DNA of 64,000 nt. Origin: Verrucomicrobiota bacterium (lineage in GTDB: Bacteria; Verrucomicrobiota; Verrucomicrobiia; Limisphaerales; AAA164-E04). The stretch is from positions 192,001 through 256,000 of the forward strand of contig CP170459.1 of NCBI GenBank assembly GCA_047947115.1, in the 5' to 3' direction. A program made the translations under genes and the position numbers. The notes beneath the pieces are model-generated. The model made no database searches and was not told the origin of the DNA. It worked only from the letters and a program-made list of their open reading frames with translations. Shown in pieces: positions 41,284 through 52,354 of the stretch. Within the stretch, counting starts at the first letter, position 1. Every line of letters starts with the position of its first letter.

Positions 41284-42756
41284 ATGGGCAACGAAACACC
41301 ACTGAACCCCGCGCTGGAATACCTGCAGCATCGCACCCGTCGTCATTTCTTCAAGGAATCGGCAGCCGGCATCGGCGCCATGGCACTGTCCGAACTGCTG
41401 TCCCAGGACACCAACGCAGCCGGATCGACAGCGATTGAAAATCCTTTACGCCTCAAGTCACCGCACTTTGCGCCAAAGGCCAAACAGGTGATCTACCTGC
41501 ACCTCACCGGTTCCCCGCCCCATCTCGACCTGTTCGATTACAAACCCGAACTCGTCAAGCGGAACGACCAGGATTGCCCTGACGATTTTCTCAAAGGAAA
41601 ACGATTTGCATTCACCTCCGGCGTTCCAAAACTGATGGGAACCCCCAGAACGTTCAAACGCTACGGCAAAGGCGGCGTCTGGCTTTCTGATGCATTGCCC
41701 AACCTGCAGAAGGTGGCGGACGAACTCTGCGTGATCAAGTCCATGCACACCGATCAATTCAATCACGCACCCGCCGAATTGTTGATCTACACCGGTTCTC
41801 CCCGCCCCGGGAGACCTTCCATCGGTTCCTGGGCGACCTATGGCCTGGGCACTGAAAACCAGAACCTGCCCGGATTTGTGGTGTTGATCTCCAGCGGAGT
41901 CCAACCCAACGGTGGACGCAACTCCTATGGCAGCGGTTTTCTGCCCTCGGTGTACCAGGGAGTGCAATGTCGTTCAAAAGGAGATCCCGTGCTGTTCGCT
42001 TCCGATCCAGCAGGCCTCCCCCGCGACCTTCGACGTAAGAGTCTGGACACACTGAATGCACTGAACGCCATGCAGGCGGACGAACTCGGTCACCCCGAAA
42101 CCCTGACCCGCATGTCCCAATACGAACTCGCCTTCCGCATGCAGACCTCGGTTCCGGACGTCATGGATATTTCCAAAGAAAAACAAACCACTCTGGAAGA
42201 CTATGGAGCGGAGGCAGGAGCAGCCAGTTTTGCCAACAATTGCCTTTTGGCCCGCCGTTTGGTCGAACAAGGTGTGCGCTATGTTCAGCTCTTCGACTGG
42301 GGATGGGATTTCCACGGCACCGGCCCCAACGAAGATATCCGTGACGGACTCACACGCAAGTGCGCCACCATGGAAAAACCCGTCGCTGCCTTGATCCGCG
42401 ACCTCAAACAACGCGGCATGCTGGACGAAACACTCATCGTGCTCGGCGGCGAATTCGGCCGCACCCCCTTCCGTGAAGGCCGCACCGCCAAAGGGAACAT
42501 CCTTGGCCGCGATCATTTTCCTGATTGCTATTCCATGATGCTGGCAGGCGGTGGCATCAAAGGAGGCATGATGTATGGAGCATCGGACGAACTCGGGTTC
42601 AGCGTCGCTGAAAACCCAGTGCACGTCCACGACCTGCAGGCCACCATCCTGAACCAGCTCGGATTCAACCACGAACGGCTTACATTCCGATTCCAGGGCC
42701 GCGACTACCGCCTCACCGACGTCGCCGGCGAAGTCGTCAAACCCATCCTGGCATAG
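41284..42756 (+). CDS. DUF1501 family protein
   Basis: TRRHFF Tat leader, CLLARRLVE.GVR, GEFGRTP, GRDH, RLTDV. Confidence 0.9.
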   Translation: MGNETPLNPALEYLQHRTRRHFFKESAAGIGAMALSELLSQDTNAAGSTAIENPLRLKSPHFAPKAKQVIYLHLTGSPPHLDLFDYKPELVKRNDQDCPDDFLKGKRFAFTSGVPKLMGTPRTFKRYGKGGVWLSDALPNLQKVADELCVIKSMHTDQFNHAPAELLIYTGSPRPGRPSIGSWATYGLGTENQNLPGFVVLISSGVQPNGGRNSYGSGFLPSVYQGVQCRSKGDPVLFASDPAGLPRDLRRKSLDTLNALNAMQADELGHPETLTRMSQYELAFRMQTSVPDVMDISKEKQTTLEDYGAEAGAASFANNCLLARRLVEQGVRYVQLFDWGWDFHGTGPNEDIRDGLTRKCATMEKPVAALIRDLKQRGMLDETLIVLGGEFGRTPFREGRTAKGNILGRDHFPDCYSMMLAGGGIKGGMMYGASDELGFSVAENPVHVHDLQATILNQLGFNHERLTFRFQGRDYRLTDVAGEVVKPILA

Positions 42757-42889
42757 TCACCTCACGTGCAAAATCACGGCCAATTGAAACCCGGACGGCT
42801 CAAAACCGCCAACGCGTACAACCACTGCCTTCAGGGCTTTGGTTGACGAGTGATTGAAAACATCCGGCAAGCGGAGCGGTTTCAGGTTT

Positions 42890-44404
42890 TCACAATAATG
42901 GATTTAACTTCTCGGCAAGCTTGTTCTTCAAATCCTGGCTGAACCCGACAATGACATCCCGCACCGTCCCGTCTCGATCAACAATCAACATCGTCGGCAG
43001 CCCGCGCACAAGACAGACATCTTTGAACGCGTCACTGCCATAGGTGAACGTGTAGGTGTAGCCGTTTTTCCTGGCATAGGATCTGGCGGTCTTTGGAGAG
43101 TTGGTGACGTTGCCTTCTCCATCTCTTTCGGAGGTATTGGCACCGATCACCATCAAACCTCGTTCTGAATACTCCTCATGCAGTGCCTGCAACACTGGAG
43201 AAGCCGCCAGACAGGGTCCACACCAACTCGCCCAGAAATCAATCAACAAAACCTTGCCGGAAACGTTCGCGCTGGTCAGTTCCGTGCCGTCGATCACGGA
43301 CAGTTTAAAGTCGGCTAACGGTTTGCCTATAAGGGATTCCGGCCCGGGTCCTTCCGGTGGCGCAGCAACATTGGGTTTCACCGCCACCAGCGGAATGCTC
43401 TTGACGGCCGCGGATTGCCCGGCTCGCTGTGCTTGGCTTGCGGCAGTCATCATGGGCACCCCCGGCACAACCACGGACGGGACTTGATCAACCCTCTCAG
43501 CCAGTTTTTGTGAACCCTCCCCCGCCGCGATTCCGAGCAAAGCACGGATCGAGTGAAGCGAGACACAATTCTTAACCACCATTTGAGAAGGCCCCTTGTC
43601 CTGTTTCTCTCCTTCTCCATTCCGGGGTTTGGTGCCGTGATAGTAAATGGTATCCGTGCTAGATACCATGCCGACCACCTCCCCTTGATCGTTGAGGACC
43701 GGACCACCGGATGACCCTCGGGCGTAATCGGCGGTAATCGACATCCAAATGGAAGGTGATCCCCCTCCGTGCCCGTGTCTGGAAAACAAGCGAGACACGT
43801 GGCCGGATGTATAAGTGTAAAAACGGTGGTCCTGATGACTGATCACGTGAACGCCATCTCCCACACCCACAGCGGTGGCAACAGGCAACGGCACAAATCC
43901 CCGCCCTCTGACTCGAAACACGGCAACGTCCGCCGAACGGTTAGCCGACTCCACCTTCACAATCTCCTCAAACCTTCCGTCAAAAGTCAAAATACCGAAC
44001 GCCTCGCTATCCGATTTTTCGAAAACATGATTGTTGGTTACCATCAAACCATCCGACGAAAGCACCCACCCCGTCGCCACCCTGCCGAGATGCCATTGAT
44101 CGCAATGATCACATTTGAAAACCGACCCAACCAGCACCACGCTCTGCACTTGGGCATCGTAATCCAACTTGTCTCCCGAATTGGCCCGAAGTGGCTCGAA
44201 ATTTAACTCCATTCCCAGGGAAGCTTCCAACTGATCTGTCAAATCGTTTCCAGTGACATGATCCGCACGCTCAGCAACATCAATGAGGGATCGATGCAGC
44301 CTCCCCATGAGAACCGAATCATTGATGACAGGCGAAGCGGCCATGCCGGAGCAGGCGACGAGCAGGAACAGCACGTATTGTAAAATTCTCAGTGTTTTCA
44401 TCAT
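42890..44404 (-). CDS. Trypsin-like serine protease fused to TlpA-type thioredoxin
   Basis: TNNHV, DVAV, GSSGGP; DFWASWCGPC; CDHC in the protease N-terminal part. Confidence 0.85.
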   Translation of the reverse strand: MMKTLRILQYVLFLLVACSGMAASPVINDSVLMGRLHRSLIDVAERADHVTGNDLTDQLEASLGMELNFEPLRANSGDKLDYDAQVQSVVLVGSVFKCDHCDQWHLGRVATGWVLSSDGLMVTNNHVFEKSDSEAFGILTFDGRFEEIVKVESANRSADVAVFRVRGRGFVPLPVATAVGVGDGVHVISHQDHRFYTYTSGHVSRLFSRHGHGGGSPSIWMSITADYARGSSGGPVLNDQGEVVGMVSSTDTIYYHGTKPRNGEGEKQDKGPSQMVVKNCVSLHSIRALLGIAAGEGSQKLAERVDQVPSVVVPGVPMMTAASQAQRAGQSAAVKSIPLVAVKPNVAAPPEGPGPESLIGKPLADFKLSVIDGTELTSANVSGKVLLIDFWASWCGPCLAASPVLQALHEEYSERGLMVIGANTSERDGEGNVTNSPKTARSYARKNGYTYTFTYGSDAFKDVCLVRGLPTMLIVDRDGTVRDVIVGFSQDLKNKLAEKLNPLL

Positions 44405-44671
44405 GTCTGGACGGATTTGACTGTATCTCCCCCCCTCATTCACAGAATGGATGATCCAGGGAATGAGACGCGCAAGGTCCCATGAGATACCAGCCGACCT
44501 CCATCCTCTCATTTCACTGACTATACGGAAAGCCTTATGTAGTACCACCCAGACAATGGATCCGGATCAGAGCAGTTGGAAAACACGTTGATTTTGGTTA
44601 GGATGCGCTGCTGCAGGTCTGCCCACAATGCCATTCAAAGCTTCAAAGGGTTCGTTGCTCAAAACACAATT

Positions 44672-44724
44672 TTGTCTAAGTTATGTTTATTTTTATTTGA
44701 CATTAATTAGACAAGCAGCATTGT
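44672..44724 (+). promoter_or_regulatory. Promoter overlapped by an imperfect inverted repeat (candidate operator)
   Basis: TTGTCTAAGTTATGT .. ACATTAATTAGACAA around TTGACA (44697-44702). Confidence 0.5.
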
Positions 44725-44730
44725 AGGGAC

Positions 44731-46035
44731 ATGACGATCAAGTTGCGTGTTTACTTTTGGCTGGTCTGGATGCTTCTGGGCGGGATTTCGGCGTTGCTTG
44801 GAGCGGAAAATGAAGGCTCATGGCCACAATGGCGCGGCCCCGAAAGGGATGGGCGGTATGCAGGAAAGACCTGGCCTCAAGCCATCAACAAGGAAAACTT
44901 CAAGCAGGCATGGCATATCAAACTCGCCCCCAGCTACAGCTCTCCGGTGGCAGACAAGGAAATGGTTTACACCACGGAATCGCTCCCCTCAGGCAAGGAA
45001 CAAGTGACAGCCTACCATCGGAACACAGGAGATCTCGCTTGGAGCCAAAGTTGGGAAGGAAGCATGAAAGTGCCGTTCTTCGCGGCGTCCAACGGAAGCT
45101 GGATACGCTCCACTCCCGCATTGGCAGACGGTAAAATGTTCGTCCTGGGCATGCAGGAACGACTTGTATGCCTTGATACCAAAACAGGAAAGAAACTTTG
45201 GGAGATGGACATCCCCAAGACCCTACAAACACCCGAGCCCGCATTCGGAGGCGTGTCTTCCCCCATGATGATCAACGGTTCCCTGTATGTGCAGGCAGGA
45301 GGAGGAATCATCAAGCTGGATACCAGCTCCGGCAATCTGGTCTGGACTTCCCGACTCTCCAATGATGCCATGAACCAAAGTCCGTTTGCCTCGCCACGCC
45401 TTCATTCGTTCGAAGGCAAAGAACAGATCATATCACTTGGCAGAACGTCACTGGCAGGCATCGACCCTCAAAACGGCGAACTGCTCTGGGAACAGGAAGT
45501 TCCCGCATTTCGAGGCATGAACATTTTGACGCCGACATTCGTTGGAAAGGGTATCCTCACCGCAACCTACGGAGGAAAAACCCATTTGTTCACTCCGGAA
45601 CAAAACCTGAACAAGGACTGGACCGTCACCGAGTCATGGAATCAAAAGTTCCAGGGATACATGAGCAACCCGGTCATCATCGACGGACACGCCTACCTTC
45701 ACGGCCGAAGTGGACGAATGGTCTGCCTGAACACCGAAACGGGCGAGATCAACTGGACCTCAAAAGAAAGTCTTGGAAAATACTGTTCCATGATCTTTCA
45801 AGATAACCGCATACTGGCCCTCTCAAACGACGGCAAACTACGTCTCCTGACGGCCAATCCAAACGCATACGAAGTGCTATCCAGCCTGAAAATTTCCGAA
45901 GAAGATACCTGGGCCCACATCGCCATGACCGACCGTCAAATCTTTATCCGATCTCTCAATTCACTGACTACCTGGCAATGGCAGGACTCCATAGCCCACT
46001 CAGACAGAACAGTCGCCATCTCATCCCAAAAATAG
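44731..46035 (+). CDS. Secreted PQQ-like beta-propeller protein
   Basis: SWPQWRGP, LDTKTGKKLW repeats, TWAH. Confidence 0.85.
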   Translation: MTIKLRVYFWLVWMLLGGISALLGAENEGSWPQWRGPERDGRYAGKTWPQAINKENFKQAWHIKLAPSYSSPVADKEMVYTTESLPSGKEQVTAYHRNTGDLAWSQSWEGSMKVPFFAASNGSWIRSTPALADGKMFVLGMQERLVCLDTKTGKKLWEMDIPKTLQTPEPAFGGVSSPMMINGSLYVQAGGGIIKLDTSSGNLVWTSRLSNDAMNQSPFASPRLHSFEGKEQIISLGRTSLAGIDPQNGELLWEQEVPAFRGMNILTPTFVGKGILTATYGGKTHLFTPEQNLNKDWTVTESWNQKFQGYMSNPVIIDGHAYLHGRSGRMVCLNTETGEINWTSKESLGKYCSMIFQDNRILALSNDGKLRLLTANPNAYEVLSSLKISEEDTWAHIAMTDRQIFIRSLNSLTTWQWQDSIAHSDRTVAISSQK

Positions 46036-46100
46036 CAAGCCATTCAGCATGCTGCTTACCTTGAGCATGTTACGATTACAACTTACCAATGTTGATTCAG

Positions 46101-46142
46101 AAAAAAGCGGGCCGTCGATACTTAGAACCGACAGCCCGCTTT
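46101..46142 (-). terminator. Intrinsic terminator of the cold-shock gene
   Basis: A6-GCGGGC..GCCCGC-TTT. Confidence 0.75.
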
Positions 46143-46170
46143 ACAATGTTATGACTTGTTCCTAGTGAAA

Positions 46171-46377
46171 TCAGCAGGAGACAACGTTGTTGGCACACGG
46201 CCCTTTCTGGCCCTGGCCTACTTCGAATTCGACGGCCTGACCGTCTGCTAATGTTGCATAGTTGCCACCACTTTTAATTTCTGAATGATGAACAAAGAGA
46301 TCTTTGCCGCCATCATCAGGCGTAATGAAACCGAAACCCTTATCAGGATTGAACCACTTAACTGTACCTTTACTCAT
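46171..46377 (-). CDS. cspA: Cold-shock protein
   Basis: GTVKWFN, KGFGFI, LFVHHS, KGP. Confidence 0.95.
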   Translation of the reverse strand: MSKGTVKWFNPDKGFGFITPDDGGKDLFVHHSEIKSGGNYATLADGQAVEFEVGQGQKGPCANNVVSC

Positions 46378-46599
46378 TAATATTACTTTGTACTATTGTT
46401 TTAACTAGAATGTCATGTTCCGAATCTACTGGAACAAACATCTATTGAACTCAGGGAGTGCCATCAAATCAGTAAGGACACTACCCATCAAGGAAACCAT
46501 CTCACAAAAATTGCCGTCCGTCCATCTTTTAACACAAACCGTTTTTGCGTACTACAATTTACCGGGAACCACTCCTGCAGAGACCGGGAAGTCCCAGCA

Positions 46600-46895
46600 T
46601 CCCAAAAGTTCATATGTCCCCAGTTTCAGGCAACCTTCCGGTCGTAAGAGTGAAACATGCCCCCAAGTCTCCTTCGACAGCCACTTGATCTTCCGTTTTG
46701 ATGATTTTGCTATGGAGCCCTTGGTGCGGTCGCTGTTGGTTGTCATACATTTCCAATTCTAAAAGCTCACTCCGGAGAGACTGTCCTCCAGATAAAATCA
46801 TCCGTTCAGCACACAATTCCCATGCCGATCGAACCCAGCGCTCAGCAAACGCATTCAAGACAGGACTGCATGGTGGTCATTTGATTATCTCCCCC
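46600..46895 (-). pseudogene. Degenerate rve integrase-core/transposase fragment
   Basis: SPVLNAFAERWVRS..RPHQGL motif, in-frame TGA just upstream. Confidence 0.7.
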
Positions 46896-47597
46896 CTGTA
46901 ACAACTCAAGTTGAACCGTATGCTGCCGGACGGATCGGTGGATTGTTGATGGCGAAAATGCCCCAACCACCATGTAGCGATCAAACATCCCGGAATGAAT
47001 CAGCCGTGACTTCCACCTGTATGGTGACGGGATTCCCTATCCAATTTACTTTCCACTCAACCACAGGACTGTAACAATGGACCAGGTGGTCAAATGAACT
47101 CTTGTTACATGATGAAGTCTGAATTATTCCGTGCGCTGGCACTGATTCAAATGCTCCTGGCGACTCCGTTTGCAGCTGATGCTGTGGAGATTTTTGTGGC
47201 GAAAAATGGTGATGATCACAACTCAGGAACACAAACACTCCCGCTTAAAACTATTGTGGCGGCACGCAACAAGGTTCGTGATCTAAGATCAAATGGCACA
47301 TTGCAAGGCGAAGGAGCGATCGTTTCCATTCGTGGTGGAATCTACGAATGGACGGAACCTCTGCATCTGGACAAAGAAGATTCAGGCACCACGGACTCAC
47401 CTGTCATCTACCGCGCGGCTCCTGGCGAAAAGGTACACCTGACAGGGGCACGCCGTGTTGTTGGTTTTGCCCCCGTCAGTGATACAAGGATTCTTGAAAG
47501 GATTCGACCAGAAGCGCGGGGTCATGTTCATGTAGCCGATTTGCGGGCAAATGGGATCGAGGATCTTGGAACGGTTGCAACCAAAGGAAAAACAATC

Positions 47598-49129
47598 GGG
47601 TCTTCTCAAAAAAGAGTGGGTAAATTGAGCACGTCGGGATGCCCTATCGCTCTGTTCCAGTCCAGTAAAACATCAGCATAACTCCCCCGCTGACGCGGAG
47701 TCGGCCTTCGGCACTTATATGATGTTTTCCTGGACTTCCACGACGCGAGAGGGCCTACGGGTGGTGTGGTTTTTCTCCAAGAAAAACCCAGAGGATTTTT
47801 ATTCGAAAAGCATCGGCAATCTCCTCAACATGGCGTCGCCAAAACAAACCTCGTCAAAGAGTGCCGATGCTGTTGAAAACCTTGCTCAATCGTTGCCATA
47901 AATTCAAATCCTTTGTCTATCGCCAAGCATGCTTCCAGGAAGTTGAAGGAGTCGAAGCTATTGTCGTAAGCGTTGAACCACGGCAAAACAGCCGCCCAGT
48001 ATGTTCAAAGTGCAATCGTAGTGCTTCCACCTATGACCATCGTCCTGGAAAACGAAAGTTTCGATTCATCCCCTTATGGGGGTGGCCGGTGTTTCTTGAA
48101 TACCGGATGCGAAGAGTTAACTGCCCCAATGACGGTGTTGTCATCGAATCGGTTCCTTGGGCCAAAGGAAAAAGCCGGATAACCTGTGTCATGGAACACT
48201 TCCTTGCACAGTGGGCTCGGAAACTTTCATGGAAAGAAGTTGCCCAGACCTTTGAAGTCAGTTGGCAATCGGTGTATCGGTCCGTTGCTTCCATTGTTGA
48301 ATACGGCTTGAAGCACAGGAGTTTGGACGATATTAATGCCATCGGAGTTGATGAGGTGCATTTTGGAAAGGGGCAAAAGTATCTGACGGTGGTTTACCAG
48401 ATAGATCAAGGCACGCGCCGATTGTTAAGCGTCACCAAGGAGAGAACCGAGCAATCCCTTCGGGATTTTTTTAAGATCCTCACTCAAAAGCAACTTGAGT
48501 CCATTCAATTTGTTTGTTCGGACATGTGGAAACCTTATCTCAATGTGATTAAGGAAAAACTCGAACACGCCCTCCACGTGTTGGATCGCTTCCATATCGT
48601 AGCCAATCTGAACAAAGCAATCAATGAAGTCAGGGCGGTCGAAGCGCGTAAGATGCGTCAGGACGGATACCAGGAAGTGCTTAAACACACCAAATACTGC
48701 TTTCTCAAACGTCGTGAGAACCTCACGCCCAATCAAAAGATTAAGCTGGAGGAAGTCCTCCAGTATGATCTGAAAAGTGTTCGGGCATTTTTGCTCAAAG
48801 AAGCATTTGAGTTCTTTTGGAATTACACTAGCCCATATTGGGCTGAGTGGTATTTGAACAAGTGGTGCACCAGAGCTATGCGCTCACGTCTGGAACCCAT
48901 CAAGAAATTTGCCAGCAGCCTACGAAAACATCAGCCGCTGATCCTGAATTGGTTCAGGGCCAAAAAGACTATTTCGTCGGGAGTTGTTGAGGGTTTGAAC
49001 CGCAAAATAAATCTGACTACCAGAAAAGCCTACGGCTATCGTAGCTTTGAAGTGCTTAAAATAGCCCTTTTTCACACAATGGGTGAACTACCCGAACCTA
49101 AATTTACCCACAGATTCTGAAGAAGAGGC
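47598..49129 (+). mobile_element. ISL3-family insertion sequence (1532 bp)
   Basis: 8-bp duplication AAACAATC (47590-47597, 49130-49137); imperfect 29-bp terminal IRs sharing TCTTCT and GTGGGTAAATT. Confidence 0.95.
47861..49120 (+). CDS. ISL3-family transposase
   Basis: CSKC/CPND zinc finger, IGVDE, CSDM, DRFH, EGLN, AYGYR. Confidence 0.95.
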   Translation: MPMLLKTLLNRCHKFKSFVYRQACFQEVEGVEAIVVSVEPRQNSRPVCSKCNRSASTYDHRPGKRKFRFIPLWGWPVFLEYRMRRVNCPNDGVVIESVPWAKGKSRITCVMEHFLAQWARKLSWKEVAQTFEVSWQSVYRSVASIVEYGLKHRSLDDINAIGVDEVHFGKGQKYLTVVYQIDQGTRRLLSVTKERTEQSLRDFFKILTQKQLESIQFVCSDMWKPYLNVIKEKLEHALHVLDRFHIVANLNKAINEVRAVEARKMRQDGYQEVLKHTKYCFLKRRENLTPNQKIKLEEVLQYDLKSVRAFLLKEAFEFFWNYTSPYWAEWYLNKWCTRAMRSRLEPIKKFASSLRKHQPLILNWFRAKKTISSGVVEGLNRKINLTTRKAYGYRSFEVLKIALFHTMGELPEPKFTHRF

Positions 49130-50719
49130 AAACAATCGAACTGTTCTTTCGCGACAAACCCATGCAGCTTTCCCGTTGGCCTGATACGGGGTTTGTCCAA
49201 ATCAAAGACGTGGTCGGAAACTCCACCTTCAAGTCCCATGGAATTCCTGGCACCAAAGAAGGTTGGTTCACCTATGAGGAAAATCGTCAGAGCCAATGGA
49301 ACAAGGAGAATGATGCCTGGCTGCATGGTTATTGGTTTTGGGATTGGTCTGATTCGTTTGAGCAAATAGAGTCCATCGATCCGGCAACCAAAACGATCAA
49401 ACTCCATTCCCCCTACCACCATTATGGCTATCGAAACGGGCAACGATATTATGCACTCAATCTGTTGGCCGAACTCGATCAACCGGGCGAATGGTACATA
49501 GATCGCCAAACAAACCTGCTCTACTCTTGGCCGCCGGATACCATGCAAGACGGAGACGTTCGTGTTTCAGTGCTTTCAAATCTTGTTCAAATGGAATCGT
49601 GCGAGGGTGTTGTTTTCCGCGATCTTATCTTTGAAGGGACCCGATCGACTGCCATCGAAATCAACGAATCCAAGGACTGTCGAGTTGAGCAATGCACCGT
49701 TCGCAACACGGGTAGCTGGGGTGTGGTCATTAGCGGCGGATCTCATTGCGAGGTTAAGGATAGCGAACTTTACGCATTGGGTGAGGGTGGGATTTCCCTT
49801 AGCGGCGGTGACCGTCCTACGCTGACTCCGGCCGGGCATGCGAGCATCAACAATCATATTCACCATTTTGGAAGAATCTATCGCACCTATCGTCCCGCCG
49901 TGGGCGTTTCAGGTGTAGGCAATCGAGTCGCTCAGAACGAAATTCATGACGGACCTCACAACGCCATTCAACTGGGCGGGAACGATCATATCATCGAGTT
50001 GAATGAAATCTACAAGGTATGCTTTGAAACGGGAGATGTGGGCGCGTTTTACATGGGGCGTGACTGGACCCAGCGTGGCACGATCATCCGACATAATTAC
50101 TTCCACGACATCCGTGGTCCAGGTCTGCATGGGGCGATGGCAGTCTACCTGGATGATGCCGCCAGTGGAATACAGATCATCGGCAATGTCTTTTATCGCG
50201 CAGGTCGGGCCGCGTTCATTGGTGGAGGTCGGGACAATCTTGTCCAAAATAATATCTTTGTTGATTGTGAACCTTCGGTCCATGTGGACGCCAGAGGCGT
50301 CGGCTGGATGCATGAGACCATTTCAGGCATCATGCCGGAGCGCCTGAGAGCAGTACCCTATCGCCAGTCCCCATGGAAGGAACGTTATCCACAATTATTG
50401 ACCCTTTTCGAAGACGAGCCGGGGAGACCCAAGTATAACGTCATTCGACGTAACATTTCCTGGGGTGGAACATGGCTCAATGCAGAAAAAGCAGCCAAAC
50501 CCCTCATCACCTTTGAAAACAATTTAATCGATACGGATCCGCTTTTTGAGGGCAAACCACGCTCCACCAATGGCAACATCCTGGACTTCCGCCTCCCCCC
50601 CAATTCTCCCGCATTTGACATTGGATTTGAAAAACTTCCCCTGGAGAAGATCGGACGACAAAACCGATGACATTACAGACTACAAATCGGCTCGTTCTTC
50701 ATAAACCTCAGCTCGACTA

Positions 50720-50818
50720 TCATGTAGAAGCCTTCTCCAGACGATCCGCAATCCATACTTTGATGATGGACTGACGAGTGACGCCCAAGCGCTTCGCTTC
50801 TCGGTCCAGAGAGCCAAC
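50720..50818 (-). pseudogene. 3' fragment of CopG/BrnA-type antitoxin
   Basis: Manual translation VGSLDREAKRLGVTRQSIIKVWIADRLEKAST*; absent from the ORF track. Confidence 0.75.
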
Positions 50819-51593
50819 TGTGGTCAAATACACTCGACTCAACTTCATGGTTCCAGTGCCTCAAGTACGGGATTTTGAAGAGCTCAATGCACAACTCAGG
50901 CAACAATGTCAGGAAGAACTTAAACGTCGACTCAGGGGTAAATCCGATTCTAAAGAGGTTCTCCTAACTGAAGATCAGGCAGCCATGATTCCATTGCCTG
51001 CCAGCCCATTTGAAGCAGCTCGAAAAGTGTCTACCACAGCTAATTCCCTGTCTTTGGTGCGTTTTGATTGCAATGATTATTCTGTTCCGGTCTGCTGGGC
51101 GCATCATCCCATCGTTGCCAAAGGATTTTGCTGGGAAGTATTCCTTTATGCACAAGGACAAGAAGTTGCTCGTCATTCGCGGATTTGGGACAAGGAAAAA
51201 GTTAAGTTTGAACCAGTGCATTACTTGGCGTTGTTGGAACGTAAACCTGGTGCATTAGATCACGCGTTACCGCTGGATAAATGGGAACTACCGGAAACGT
51301 TCACCACTCTGCGAAAACGCCTGGAAAACCAATACGGGGGTGAAGGTGTTCGAGAGTATATCAAAATCCTTCGCTTACTGGAGAAGCATTCCATGCCAGC
51401 GTTGGTGCGCGCATTATCCAAGGCTCTGGAGTATGGAGCTATCACCCGAGATGCGGTGGCTCAGTTTTTGTGTCCTCAAGAGACATGGTGTGAACAAACC
51501 TTCAACCTGGATGGGCATCCTCATTTGAAACATGTTTGGGTCAAAGCACCGGACTTGAGTGAGTATGCCCAATTGGTGGGAGGTGAACGATGA
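50819..51593 (+). pseudogene. istA: IS21 transposase IstA, C-terminal part only
   Basis: VVKYTRLNFMVP, LVRFDCNDYSVP, HYLALLERKPGAL; DDE core missing. Confidence 0.85.
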
Positions 51594-52354
51594 ACAAGGA
51601 TGTACCAAATGTGCTGCTCGCTCACCATCTCAAGGCGCTCAAACTACCAACGATTTTAAGGGAATATGAATCGATGGCTCAGTTGTGCGCGAAGGAACGT
51701 AGTGGATATGCCGAGTTTTTGTTGCGATTAACCGAACGTGAATTGATCGAACGTGAGCAACGTGCTTCTGAAAGACGTATCCGGCAAGCGATGTTCCCGG
51801 TGTTAAAGACCCTGGACAGCTTTGATTTTACGATGCAGCCCTCAATCAATGAAGCCAGTGTCCGAGAGTTGATAAGGGGTGAGTTTGTGCAACGTAAAGA
51901 AAATGTCCTATTGGTGGGCAATCCTGGCACAGGAAAATCCCACTTGGCGACAGCATTGGGACACGCTGCCTGCATGCAGGGACTCAAGGTAAAGTTTTTC
52001 AGTGTTACCGGACTGGTGACGACGCTACTGGAACATCGAGAAGAACGAACTTTGCAGCGTTTCAAAAAGCAGTTGGAGCGTTACCACTTGATCATTTTAG
52101 ATGAACTGGGATACGTCCCGTTTTCAAAAACAGGAGCCGAACTGCTATTTGATGTTGTCAGTCGGGCCTACGAACGAACAAGTCTGGTAGTAACGACCAA
52201 TTTGCCCTTTGAACAATGGACAGAAGTCATGGGAAGCGAACGCCTCACGGGAGCCATGCTTGATCGCCTGACACATCGCGTTCATATCCTTGAAGCCAAT
52301 GGGGAGAGTTATCGCCTGAAGGACTCCAAGAAACGAAAGAATAGGAAATCATGA
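51590..52354 (+). CDS. istB: IS21 helper ATPase IstB
   Basis: GNPGTGKSH, ILDELGY, TTNL, LDRLTH, GESYR. Confidence 0.95.
   Translation: MNKDVPNVLLAHHLKALKLPTILREYESMAQLCAKERSGYAEFLLRLTERELIEREQRASERRIRQAMFPVLKTLDSFDFTMQPSINEASVRELIRGEFVQRKENVLLVGNPGTGKSHLATALGHAACMQGLKVKFFSVTGLVTTLLEHREERTLQRFKKQLERYHLIILDELGYVPFSKTGAELLFDVVSRAYERTSLVVTTNLPFEQWTEVMGSERLTGAMLDRLTHRVHILEANGESYRLKDSKKRKNRKS

Larger units (their letters stand above)
47094..50670 (+). pseudogene. Secreted right-handed beta-helix protein interrupted by ISL3
   Basis: Removing 47598-49137 restores ..ATKGKTI-ELFFRDKPMQLSRWP..; LDQPGEWY, AVYLDD, parallel beta-helix repeats. Confidence 0.9.

Noticed and set aside
47094..47681. Stand-alone 195-aa gene
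   Set aside because: It is the 5' half of the ISL3-split gene; the last 27 residues come from the IS
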